In this document: positions 49,976 through 59,209 of the stretch, piece by piece
How the letters are laid out: the number at the start of each line of letters is the position of its first letter
How positions within the stretch are numbered: the first letter of the stretch is position 1
Virus record (IMG/VR): IMGVR_UViG_3300033145_002422
Strand: one strand, 5' to 3'
DNA: 64,000 bases
Source: a virus
Taxonomy: Duplodnaviria; Caudoviricetes
The notes under the pieces: model-generated
The model's input: the letters and a program-made list of their open reading frames with translations, nothing else
The model's database searches: none
Told to the model about the DNA's origin: nothing
Position numbers and translations under genes: made by a program

Positions 49976-50719
49976 ATGGCTAAGCGAAAGAAGAGCTTGG
50001 CTGGTAATTCTAAAAAGAATGTAAAAATTGAATCTACAAATGAGAAATCTCTTATATTTATAGAATTAGTTGAAACAATTAGAAGGGGAAAGAGTAAAGA
50101 ACAGACTGAAGATGCTTTTAATAAAATAGTGAAGATGCTAGATGTTAATATAAGAAATATATCATATAGGTTTAGAATTCCTGGTCATGATAATAATGAT
50201 ATATATCAAGAAGCTTTGTTTGCCTTGAGGTATAAAGCTATAAAAGATTATAATAAAGAAAAAAGTGCTTTACAGACGATTTCTCCGTTTGATAAATTTG
50301 CTATGTTATGTATTAGAAGACATTTATCAACAAAATTAAAATCTAGTCACCAAAACAAAAGTAGGGTTTTGAATACTTCTGTAAGTCTAGATCAGGGTAG
50401 AGGAAATTCGAATTCGTCAAATGATGCTGTTTTTTTAATTGATATATTACCTAAAACAGATGGAGATATTTTTTCCCAACTACATAATCATTCTCATGCA
50501 AAATATTTATTTAATAAATTATGGGAAAAATTGTCTCCTCTTGAAAAGAAAGTTTTGTTATTTTATCATCAAGGATTGTCTTATCAAAAAATATCAAAAT
50601 CTGTTAATAAAAATGAAAAAACAAGAAATAAAACCAAAACAGATATAAAAAGTATAGATAATGCTCTTTCTAGGCTGAAGGTAAAAGCGAAAGATATATA
50701 TAATAAATATGGGAAATAA
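49976..50719 (+). CDS. sigH: SigH (Spo0H)-like RNA polymerase sigma factor
   Basis: DIYQE, FDKFAMLCIRR, LN.SVSLD, LSPLEKKVL, GLSYQ, KSIDNALSR parallel Bacillus SigH. Confidence 0.85.
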   Translation: MAKRKKSLAGNSKKNVKIESTNEKSLIFIELVETIRRGKSKEQTEDAFNKIVKMLDVNIRNISYRFRIPGHDNNDIYQEALFALRYKAIKDYNKEKSALQTISPFDKFAMLCIRRHLSTKLKSSHQNKSRVLNTSVSLDQGRGNSNSSNDAVFLIDILPKTDGDIFSQLHNHSHAKYLFNKLWEKLSPLEKKVLLFYHQGLSYQKISKSVNKNEKTRNKTKTDIKSIDNALSRLKVKAKDIYNKYGK

Positions 50720-50834
50720 AATCATATCCAAAATCATATCCGAAAAATATGAAGAAAAAATAGATAAAGTGAAAGAAGATTTTGTTAACATAGTATAACT
50801 TGTAATAAAATAATTTAAGAATAAGGAGAGAGTT

Positions 50835-52124
50835 ATGAATTTTTCTGTCAAGGTTTCTGGTTTTAAGAATGCTATTTCTCATGTTGTTGATGTCTCTGTA
50901 AAAGATGCTATTAAAGATAGTCCTGGAGAAGATAAAATTATATTGTCTCCAGATAAACAATATATATCAGCTTCTGCGTTTAATGGTAGAATAGCTATTT
51001 CTGAAGATTTATCTGATGTTAATAATGATGATCTTTGCTATAGGTTTAATGATGCAGGAGAAATTGTTGTTAATTCAAAGGATATGCTTAGGGTTTTGGA
51101 TTCATTTGACCCAAAGGAAATAGTGATATTTGAAACTGATAGTTCTACTTCTGAGCTTACAATAAAGAAAGATAACGATTCTGATCAATATCAAACTCTT
51201 CCATGTTATTCTCAAACTATTACTTTTCCTAAATCAGCTTCTAAATTTGATAAGGAAGTAGAAATAAGAAAGGATGTATTGCTCGCTGGAATAGATAGGG
51301 TCTTTTTTGTAATAGGTTTTGAAGCAGATAGAGAAAAGTATTTGTATTGGGTAATGAAAACATATAAAAACGGAGTTAGGTTCGCTGCTGGAACTGGTTC
51401 TATATTTTCAGTTGTTAATTTTGATGGAACCGATATTATAACATCTAGTCCAGAACTTTCGGAAATATTATTTCCGAAAGTTCATACTTCTGTAGTCCAT
51501 AAGATATTATCTGGCATGACTTGTGAAAAGGTTAAAATTAAGCAATCTTCAAGTTCTGATTCATCTCCATATCAAATTGTTATTGAAGCTGGATCTGTTG
51601 TCATGAATCTTGTTGGAATGACTCCTAATGTAGCGTGGGTTGATGAAAACAAATTTTTGGATATGAAATATGATTCAAAAATAGTAGTAGATATATCTGA
51701 TTTTGGTTGGGCAAGTCGTGGAGTTATGGCTACATTTAATGAAGAGATGTCAAAGTCTAACAGAATATCAAAAGCTATTGTTGAAGTTAATCCAAGTAAA
51801 TCTATTATTACAGTAGAAACTAAAGATTTAATGAAGGCTTTGAGAAAAGTTAATATTAAAGATTATGTTTCTAGTGATGATAATAAGAAAGAACATAAAA
51901 TTATATGCTCTTCAACCTATTTGAGTGATATGACTAGATTCTCAAATAAAACAAAGAATATTCAAATAGAAATGTTTTATGATGATGTTAACAAACCTAT
52001 TTTAATAAGATACTATGCTAATGATAAGGTTTCTGATGCAGATGATATGAAAAATCAAAATAATATGGCTGGAATTACAGAAAAGCTTAATATGTTTTTT
52101 GTTCAATTACAAGTTCAGGATTAA
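50835..52124 (+). CDS. dnaN: Sliding clamp (DNA polymerase III beta), divergent
   Basis: Size and three-domain beta-clamp-like pattern; lies between dnaX and holA. Confidence 0.7.
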   Translation: MNFSVKVSGFKNAISHVVDVSVKDAIKDSPGEDKIILSPDKQYISASAFNGRIAISEDLSDVNNDDLCYRFNDAGEIVVNSKDMLRVLDSFDPKEIVIFETDSSTSELTIKKDNDSDQYQTLPCYSQTITFPKSASKFDKEVEIRKDVLLAGIDRVFFVIGFEADREKYLYWVMKTYKNGVRFAAGTGSIFSVVNFDGTDIITSSPELSEILFPKVHTSVVHKILSGMTCEKVKIKQSSSSDSSPYQIVIEAGSVVMNLVGMTPNVAWVDENKFLDMKYDSKIVVDISDFGWASRGVMATFNEEMSKSNRISKAIVEVNPSKSIITVETKDLMKALRKVNIKDYVSSDDNKKEHKIICSSTYLSDMTRFSNKTKNIQIEMFYDDVNKPILIRYYANDKVSDADDMKNQNNMAGITEKLNMFFVQLQVQD

Positions 52125-52136
52125 GAAAGGATTAAA

Positions 52137-53297
52137 GTGGCTAAATCAGATAAGGTAAAGGTTTGTTGGCTTAGTGGAAACTATACATATTGTGAAGATA
52201 TTCTTAAGCAGATAAAATCTCTCTTAAGTAATCCTGAGATATTTATATATGATAAAGATTCTGATGGTGACTATGTAGAAAATCAGATATTATCTTCTGG
52301 ATTGTTTGCAGAAAATAAGCTTATCATTTTAAAACATCTTCATAAGTTTTATTCATCTAGTGTTAAGTCAAATAATAGATGGCTAAATATATTTAATTCG
52401 ATACCAGAAAGTTGTATTGTTGTTATTCGAAATATTAATCCAAATGATGCTAAGGTTATTTATAAACATGTTGAAGAAATAGGAAAAGTTTTTTGTTCTT
52501 CTAAATATTTGAAAAAGAATGATGCGTTTAATTGGATTTCTAAGTTTTTTAAAGAAAATTCAAAGGAAACTGATGAAGAGAATATTTATCTAATTCTTGA
52601 TTCTATTGGAGAAGAAACAAATGGATATGATATAGATAAGATATATATGTGTTGTAAAAAAATATGTGATTACGTTGGTAACAGAAAAAAAAATATATGT
52701 AAAGAAGATATTATTTTAAATGCTGATAGATATTATAATTTTATTATATGGGATATATTAAATGCATTTGAAGAGAGAAATTTTACAAAATGTATATCAT
52801 TAGTTAAAATGTCTTGTAGCAGAGATGGGAATTATACTGAAGCTATTAATAAGATTTTTAATATGATATTATGGAAGCTTAGAATTATGTTATTTGTAAA
52901 AGAATCTATATCTAACGGAATGACGAAAGAGCAAGCAATTGAAAATGTAAAAAAATTGCATAAGTTTTCTAGAGAAGGTGCTGGATTAAATCTTGTTATG
53001 GAAGTGGAAGCAAATAAAAATGGGACTTTAAAAGAGGCGTATTCAGCAGCAATGGCGTCGTCTTTGTTTCGTTCTTTTGGAGATAAAAAGGCAAGTATAG
53101 ACAGTTTTGGCCGATCTGAATTATTTAAGTTGATTATTGCTGTAGATGAATGTATAAGAAATATTAGGCATGAGTCTAGTGATTCAAATTGTATTCTTAT
53201 GGTAGAAAATTTCTTTTTTGAATCTTGTAAGATTATTCAGCCAGAATTATTAGAACATATTAGGAGAATTCCTCATGGAGGAAGATATTCGTTTTAG
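52137..53297 (+). CDS. holA: DNA polymerase III delta subunit-like
   Basis: WLSG.., GLFAENKLIILK, NFIIWDILNAF delta-like pattern; context. Confidence 0.7.
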   Translation: MAKSDKVKVCWLSGNYTYCEDILKQIKSLLSNPEIFIYDKDSDGDYVENQILSSGLFAENKLIILKHLHKFYSSSVKSNNRWLNIFNSIPESCIVVIRNINPNDAKVIYKHVEEIGKVFCSSKYLKKNDAFNWISKFFKENSKETDEENIYLILDSIGEETNGYDIDKIYMCCKKICDYVGNRKKNICKEDIILNADRYYNFIIWDILNAFEERNFTKCISLVKMSCSRDGNYTEAINKIFNMILWKLRIMLFVKESISNGMTKEQAIENVKKLHKFSREGAGLNLVMEVEANKNGTLKEAYSAAMASSLFRSFGDKKASIDSFGRSELFKLIIAVDECIRNIRHESSDSNCILMVENFFFESCKIIQPELLEHIRRIPHGGRYSF

Positions 53298-53549
53298 TAA
53301 AATGACAAAAAGATTTTTGGGATGTCATGATAAACTTAGTGAATTATATAAATCTTTTTTATCTTTTTCAGAAAATAAATCTCAAGTTTCTTTAGATGAG
53401 TTTACTTCTGATATAGAGAAACTTGATTCATCTATAGAATCTTTAAAAAATACATTACAGCTATCTATAAAAAGTGTTCTTAATATAGAGACAGATGAAG
53501 TTGATGTTATCGAAACGGATAATGGATATAAATTATAAATGGAGATAAT

Positions 53550-53747
53550 ATGTCAAAAAAAGAAATTAGTATAACAATAAAACCAGATGGAACACTTGAT
53601 ATTGATTTAGATGGATGGGAAGGAAAGAATTGTTCTGGAGCTGTTGATGAATTTATAAAGTTTGTAGGTAAGCAGAAGTTTTCTAAGAAAAAAGCAGCAT
53701 GGTATAAGAAAATAAAAATTAATCAACAACAGAAATGGAACGGATAA
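53550..53747 (+). CDS. DUF2997 protein
   Basis: [18 protein letters not shown], terminal Q-rich stretch. Confidence 0.7.
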   Translation: MSKKEISITIKPDGTLDIDLDGWEGKNCSGAVDEFIKFVGKQKFSKKKAAWYKKIKINQQQKWNG

Positions 53748-54877
53748 TGAAGGAAGATTATTATGCTATTTTGGGAATAGATAAAAGTTCTTCTCAAGAT
53801 GATGTTAAAAAGGCTTATAGAAAAAAAGCTATGGAATATCATCCAGATAGAAACCCTGATGATAAGGAAGCAGAAAAGAAATTTAAAGAATGTGCTGAAG
53901 CATATGAGTATTTATCAGATCTTGAAAAAAGAAAATCCTACGATACTTATGGGCATGATGGATTGAATATAAGAAATGGATTTAGAGCATCGTCTAATCC
54001 ATGGGATATGTTTAATAGCGTCTTTGGTATGAGATTCGGAGGAGGCAATTTTGAAAATGCCAGACCATATCCTCAGAAGGGAGATGATGTTTCATCTTTG
54101 ATAGAAATAACATTGGAAGAATCTGTAAAGGGAATAACAAAAGAAATTTCTATTAATAGAAAATCTGTATGCGATAAATGTAATGGGTTTGGAACAAAGG
54201 ATGGAAAGGAAAAAAGTATGTGTTCTTCCTGCAATGGTACTGGGAAAAAGATTTTAAGACAACAAAGAGGAAATACGATAATTCAGCAAGTTTCTGATTG
54301 TACCGATTGTCTTGGAGAAGGGAAGAAGATAGATGCTAATAATAAATGCGATCAATGTTTTGGAATTGGTTTATATTTTAAAAAAAATAAAATAGATGTT
54401 GTTATTCCTAAAGGTATTAATAATAGGCAAATAGTAGTTTTGAGAGGAATGGGGGATGATGGAAAAAATCAAGGTCCAAAAGGAGATTTATTTATTCAGA
54501 TACATGTTAAAGAGCATATTTTATATGAAAGGTTGAATGAAGCATTATACATAAATCTTCCTTTAAATTATTCAGAGGCTGTTTTTGGAACTAAAAAAGA
54601 GATACCGACCATATATCAAAATAGTATTGAAGTAGTTATTCCTGCTGGTACTCAAAATGGAGATATGATTATAAAAAAGGGATATGGTTGCCCTGTTATT
54701 AATGCAAATATAATTGGAGATTTAGTAATTAGGTGTATTATTAAGATTCCTACTAAATTATCCGATAAAGATATAGAGTTAATAAAACAATTATCTTTTG
54801 TTGAAAAGAATCAAGAATATAAAGATAAAAAAGAATTTGAATCTTATTTGGAGAAAATTAAACATGGCAATGAATAA
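53747..54877 (+). CDS. dnaJ: Chaperone DnaJ
   Basis: DYYAILG, YHPDRN, four CxxCxGxG repeats. Confidence 0.95.
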   Translation: MKEDYYAILGIDKSSSQDDVKKAYRKKAMEYHPDRNPDDKEAEKKFKECAEAYEYLSDLEKRKSYDTYGHDGLNIRNGFRASSNPWDMFNSVFGMRFGGGNFENARPYPQKGDDVSSLIEITLEESVKGITKEISINRKSVCDKCNGFGTKDGKEKSMCSSCNGTGKKILRQQRGNTIIQQVSDCTDCLGEGKKIDANNKCDQCFGIGLYFKKNKIDVVIPKGINNRQIVVLRGMGDDGKNQGPKGDLFIQIHVKEHILYERLNEALYINLPLNYSEAVFGTKKEIPTIYQNSIEVVIPAGTQNGDMIIKKGYGCPVINANIIGDLVIRCIIKIPTKLSDKDIELIKQLSFVEKNQEYKDKKEFESYLEKIKHGNE

Positions 54878-55247
54878 AACATTTTCATCTGGTAGTATAG
54901 AACCATTGGAAACAGATTTTTCTAAGGGATGTACATTCATAAGAGATAAAGTAAAATGGATTGTAACGGAAGTTTTTGTTGCTGATAATACAGAAATGAG
55001 AAAGGTAGTTGGAAATGATGGAGTTCAAGAAATAGTTACTTTATTTACTTTGAATAAAGATTTTAAATCAGGAGATATTAAGTTTATGGCTAATGTAGAT
55101 GAAGTTGGTATAGAATTATCTAAAAGAGAAAATGAACAAGCAAAAATTAGTAAAGAAGAAGAAGACGAAAGAGAAGAAGACGAGGGTGGAATAAAAATAG
55201 ATTTAGATACAGATGAAAATGAAAATAAGTTTCATAAGAAGTTTTAA
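54864..55247 (+). CDS. Hypothetical protein
   Basis: GGAG RBS before ATG 54864. Confidence 0.6.
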   Translation: MAMNKTFSSGSIEPLETDFSKGCTFIRDKVKWIVTEVFVADNTEMRKVVGNDGVQEIVTLFTLNKDFKSGDIKFMANVDEVGIELSKRENEQAKISKEEEDEREEDEGGIKIDLDTDENENKFHKKF

Positions 55248-55525
55248 TATGAAAGATAAAGAAATTATATTAGAAATAAAATCAGAAGGTATTGTCATTT
55301 TTAATCGTCAAAATGATCAATTGCTTGATGATACGTTAGATATTCTTTCTCAATTAAATGATTCTGATAATTCTATAAAAGAGTTTTTATATGGAAGAAA
55401 AAATATTTCTCTTATTATAGGTGATGAAATATTTTGTGGTTAAAATATATTTTTTATAAAAAATAAAAGGAGTTTGTTGTGTATATTGCAATAATATAAA
55501 TGCCTCCTCCTTGCTCTCTGCAAAG

Positions 55526-55565
55526 CCCCCTATCAGATATGTGTCTGTTAGGGGGTAATTTTTTA
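55526..55565 (+). terminator. Intrinsic-terminator-like hairpin
   Basis: CCCCCTATCAGATA/TGTCTGTTAGGGGG followed by TAATTTTTT. Confidence 0.65.
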
Positions 55566-55610
55566 TCTATATCTAATAATATTCCGATTATATAGATGTA
55601 ATATATATAA

Positions 55611-56282
55611 TTGGAGGTTAATATGAAAATAATTGCTATTGATCCTGGTTTGTCTGGGGCTATATGTGTACTTGATGATAAGAGCATTAATATATACGAT
55701 ATGCCTGTTAAAAAGATAAAAAAGGGTAAAAAAGAAAAAAATAATTTTGATATTGTTAAAATAGTGGAAATTATAAAAAGTAATATAATTATCGGAGAAG
55801 AGAACATATGCGTTATAGAAGATGTTCACTGTTCTGTTGGGAATGGAGCTGTTTCTATGTTTAATTTTGGTAGGGGGAAGGGGATCTTAGAGGGTATTGC
55901 TTACGCTTTGGATATGAGAGTTGTTTTAATATCTCCGCAATCATGGAAAAAATCATATATAGCTTTGGAAACGAAGGAAATATCAGAATTAAGAGAAAAA
56001 CAGAAGTTTAAGAAAGTAGGCTTAAAAGTTCTTAAAATTGAAAATAAAAGCATAAAGGATAAGGGGTCAAAAAAGAGTAATGAAATAAAGATAAAAGAAT
56101 TAGAAAAAGAAGTTGAAAAGATTGGAAGGCAAATTAAGAGTTCAGCAAAGGATGCATCTAGAGCTTTAGCCGCTAAACTTGTTAAAAAAATGTCTAATTC
56201 TTTTAAATTAAAAAAGAACGATGGTAGGGCTGAAGCTGTTTTAATGGCTTATTATTTGAGGAATAGTTATGAATTGGTATAA
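55611..56282 (+). CDS. RuvC-like Holliday junction resolvase with coiled-coil insertion
   Basis: IAIDPGLSGA, VIEDV, MFNFG, PQSWKK, DGRAEAVL; probable start 55623. Confidence 0.85.
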   Translation: MEVNMKIIAIDPGLSGAICVLDDKSINIYDMPVKKIKKGKKEKNNFDIVKIVEIIKSNIIIGEENICVIEDVHCSVGNGAVSMFNFGRGKGILEGIAYALDMRVVLISPQSWKKSYIALETKEISELREKQKFKKVGLKVLKIENKSIKDKGSKKSNEIKIKELEKEVEKIGRQIKSSAKDASRALAAKLVKKMSNSFKLKKNDGRAEAVLMAYYLRNSYELV

Positions 56283-56712
56283 AATAGCTAAAAAGGAAAT
56301 GGAAATGACAACGATTAATGTAGGTTTGGTAGGTTATTCAGGCACGAAATTTAATGAGAATATAGCAAAAGATTTAATTAGAGAAGCTTTTGATTGGGTA
56401 GAACAGGAATTTAAGGGAAAGAGCTTCTGTGTTGTCTCAGGATTGACAGATTTAGGCATTCCTGCCCTTGGGTATAGAGAAGCAGACAAAAGGGGCTGGG
56501 AGACTGCTGGTGTAGCTCCAGAAGAAGCTAAGGAATATGATTGGTACAATGTAGATGAGGTAATAATAGAAGGAAAGAAATTTGGAGATGAAAGCGACAA
56601 ATTTTTGTCTATGATAGATGTTTTTGTTAAAGTTGGCGGCGGGAAGCAGTCTATATCTGAATTCAAAAAAGCAAAGGAAAAGGGTATAAAAACTTGGGAA
56701 GGAGAATGCTAA
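56269..56712 (+). CDS. SLOG-superfamily nucleotide-binding protein with MNWY leader
   Basis: VGLVGYSG, VVSGLTDLGIP, GDES..FL..ID, VGGGKQS..E. Confidence 0.65.
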   Translation: MNWYKIAKKEMEMTTINVGLVGYSGTKFNENIAKDLIREAFDWVEQEFKGKSFCVVSGLTDLGIPALGYREADKRGWETAGVAPEEAKEYDWYNVDEVIIEGKKFGDESDKFLSMIDVFVKVGGGKQSISEFKKAKEKGIKTWEGEC

Positions 56713-56773
56713 AGGTGTGGAAATTGAAGATTTGGGAGACGGGTATTCTGCGCAAATACATAAGCCACATTTT

Positions 56774-56837
56774 TAAGGATAATGAGTAAGAAGATAAAAT
56801 GAGTAAGGAGATAAAATGAGTAAGGAGATAAAATGAG
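56774..56837 (+). repeat. 17-bp tandem repeat TAAGGAGATAAAATGAG (RBS + start codon), ~3.7 copies
   Basis: Read directly; ATGs at 56782, 56799, 56816, 56833. Confidence 0.9.
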
Positions 56838-57291
56838 TAGAAAGAGAAAAAGAGGAAAAGAAACAAAAGAAACAAAAGAAACAAAAGAAACAAAAGAAAC
56901 AAAAGAAACAAAAGAAACAAAAGAAACAAAAGAAAGCATAGAAGAAAGAGTAAATAGAAATATACAAAAAAGAATAGATATAGTTAAAAAATATAAGAAT
57001 AATAATTTTGATTATAGTAATAAAAAAGAAGTTATTAAAGATTTTATATTTATGAGATTGCCGTTTCTTTGTGAAAGCGGTTTTTTTAGCCAGTGTAGAA
57101 TGGAAATGATTTATGATGATTCGGTTGAAACAAGTGTAGATATGAATAGGTATATTGATAATATAGAAAATGGAGTGATTAGTTGTTTAGTAACCATTGA
57201 AAAGTTGCATAGAGATAAATTGATTTCGAAAGAAGATACACAATATTTGATAGGTATTTTTTTTATATATCTTATGAAAACTGAAAAATAA
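56833..57291 (+). CDS. Hypothetical protein with (KET)8 repeat
   Basis: Strong RBS; in-frame 9-bp repeat. Confidence 0.75.
   Translation: MSRKRKRGKETKETKETKETKETKETKETKETKESIEERVNRNIQKRIDIVKKYKNNNFDYSNKKEVIKDFIFMRLPFLCESGFFSQCRMEMIYDDSVETSVDMNRYIDNIENGVISCLVTIEKLHRDKLISKEDTQYLIGIFFIYLMKTEK
56857..56934 (+). repeat. Perfect 9-bp tandem repeat AAAGAAACA x8.7
   Basis: Read directly. Confidence 0.97.
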
Positions 57292-57987
57292 ATGAATTGG
57301 TATACAAAAATATCTTCAAAAAATATATTTATCCCAGATGAAATTAAAAGTAAAATAAAAACTATTTCTAATGGTATAATTGATGCTTGGAATAATTTTG
57401 TGACAATAAAAGATAAACAGATGTTAATTGATATTATAAAATTTGATGAAAATAATTTTAACATATTTTTAATGAAAAATAATGAATCTGTAGGAAGGAA
57501 TACTTTATCTACAACAGAAAATAATATAATATATTTATATTTTGGTCATATTTTAATTATGGAAGGGAAGGACAAGCCGAAAGATTATTATATTAATTTA
57601 GTTAATGAACTTTTATTACATGAAATAATACATAATTTTGATCTCAAATATACTAAAAGAAGAAACAATTTTCATTATGATGATAAAAATAAAAGTATTG
57701 GGGGTTTACAAGATCAAGATAAGTATTCTAGGGAATATCATAATTTCTATCCTGAATTTGATGCATGGAGTGGACAAATTTCTAGTAAAATTAAGAATGA
57801 TATTTTATCTGGAAAGTTGAATAAGAATAATGTTTACGATATATTAAAATCTTCAAATATTTTATCGTTTATAAAAATAGTAGGAGATTATTATGCTGGA
57901 TTTTTAAATAATATCAATAGAAAAAATGTTATAAAATTGAAACAGAGAATTTGGAATGATATTAAAGATTTATCTGATAAGGAATAA
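57292..57987 (+). CDS. HEXXH zincin-like protein with MNWY leader
   Basis: LLHEIIH..EFDAW. Confidence 0.6.
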   Translation: MNWYTKISSKNIFIPDEIKSKIKTISNGIIDAWNNFVTIKDKQMLIDIIKFDENNFNIFLMKNNESVGRNTLSTTENNIIYLYFGHILIMEGKDKPKDYYINLVNELLLHEIIHNFDLKYTKRRNNFHYDDKNKSIGGLQDQDKYSREYHNFYPEFDAWSGQISSKIKNDILSGKLNKNNVYDILKSSNILSFIKIVGDYYAGFLNNINRKNVIKLKQRIWNDIKDLSDKE

Positions 57988-57989
57988 CT

Positions 57990-58370
57990 ATGAATTGGTA
58001 TAAAATAGCTTTAGACTTAGAAACTCTTGGCGATAGAAATAATCTAAATAAAAGAATAATTGAATTTAAGGAAGCTATTCGTATATTAAAATATGTAGCA
58101 AAATATGTTTTCCAGAATGCGGCTCATGCTAAAAAAGTTGTGGAAAATTTAGCTAAGAATAAAAGAATGTCTTCATTTCCAGAGTTAGTAAAAAAGTTAT
58201 TATATGCTGCTTCAAAAGCATTAGATAATTATAAGGATTTTGCTATAACTTGTAATGAAGTACAGAGTTATATATCAGTAGAAGTTATAAATATGGAAAA
58301 AATTAGGAAAGATTTTTCAGATAATATTTATCCAGAGAAGGTAAGGGAGAGGATTAATGGCAAAAAATAA
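57990..58370 (+). CDS. Helical hypothetical protein with MNWY leader
   Basis: Starts MNWYKIA; AAGGA RBS. Confidence 0.7.
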   Translation: MNWYKIALDLETLGDRNNLNKRIIEFKEAIRILKYVAKYVFQNAAHAKKVVENLAKNKRMSSFPELVKKLLYAASKALDNYKDFAITCNEVQSYISVEVINMEKIRKDFSDNIYPEKVRERINGKK

Positions 58371-59001
58371 TTCTATTGAAAAAAAAGAGGATATTGTATT
58401 TCCGATATCGTCCAATATTAGAAATAATGATGATAGTATAATTATAAGCAAAACTAATTGTAAATTTTGTCAATCTCAGTATAGAGTTGAAGCAGAAAAT
58501 GACTTTGAAAAAACAGGAAATATGAAGGCCGCGTGGAGAGTTTTAGTTGAACAACATAAGGAAGATATAACTTATCCTGCTGTCAGGAATCATATTATTA
58601 ATCATTATTTAGTTATTGAAAAAAAAATAAAGATGAAAGAATATGGAGAACAACTGGAAGGATGGATTAATAGCGAAAGAAGTCGTAGGTGGGCCATGTT
58701 AGAAAGAATAGGTATGCTAGAAAAAGAAATGGTTAATATAGCCGCTGAAACTAATGGTAAAAATTTAGATGAGCAGAGAAAAAGTGCTGATACGATGAAA
58801 AAAATGTGTGATACTATTATGGCTGTAGAAGATAAGATAGCAGAAATGGATAAAACATTAGAACCTGCGGAAATAGTTGTTACTAGAATTAGTGATATTA
58901 TTTCTAATGAAATTAAATCATCTAATAATAATGAAGTAAAAAGAGCGTTAGTAGATATAATGAAAAAATTATCTGAAAGTGTTAAGGATTTATACATATA
59001 A
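58357..59001 (+). CDS. Hypothetical protein with CxxC..HxxxH zinc site and coiled coil
   Basis: CKFC, RNHIINH. Confidence 0.6.
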   Translation: MAKNNSIEKKEDIVFPISSNIRNNDDSIIISKTNCKFCQSQYRVEAENDFEKTGNMKAAWRVLVEQHKEDITYPAVRNHIINHYLVIEKKIKMKEYGEQLEGWINSERSRRWAMLERIGMLEKEMVNIAAETNGKNLDEQRKSADTMKKMCDTIMAVEDKIAEMDKTLEPAEIVVTRISDIISNEIKSSNNNEVKRALVDIMKKLSESVKDLYI

Positions 59002-59209
59002 ATATGCTTAGAAAAGATTTAATATATGGAATAGATAAAAACTCTATGAATATAGCTAAACAAAAAGAAATTATAAGTAAAGACCTTTTGAAAAAAAGAA
59101 AATTACTTGCACAAAAAGCAATTAAAATAGGGATGAGACATCCCGTAAATAGAAAAGTTTCTGTAAATACAAAACCAAGAGGATGTGGGTGTAGCCAACA
59201 TAGATAAAT

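Noticed and set aside
56774-56934. CRISPR array
   Set aside because: The repeats are contiguous with no spacers
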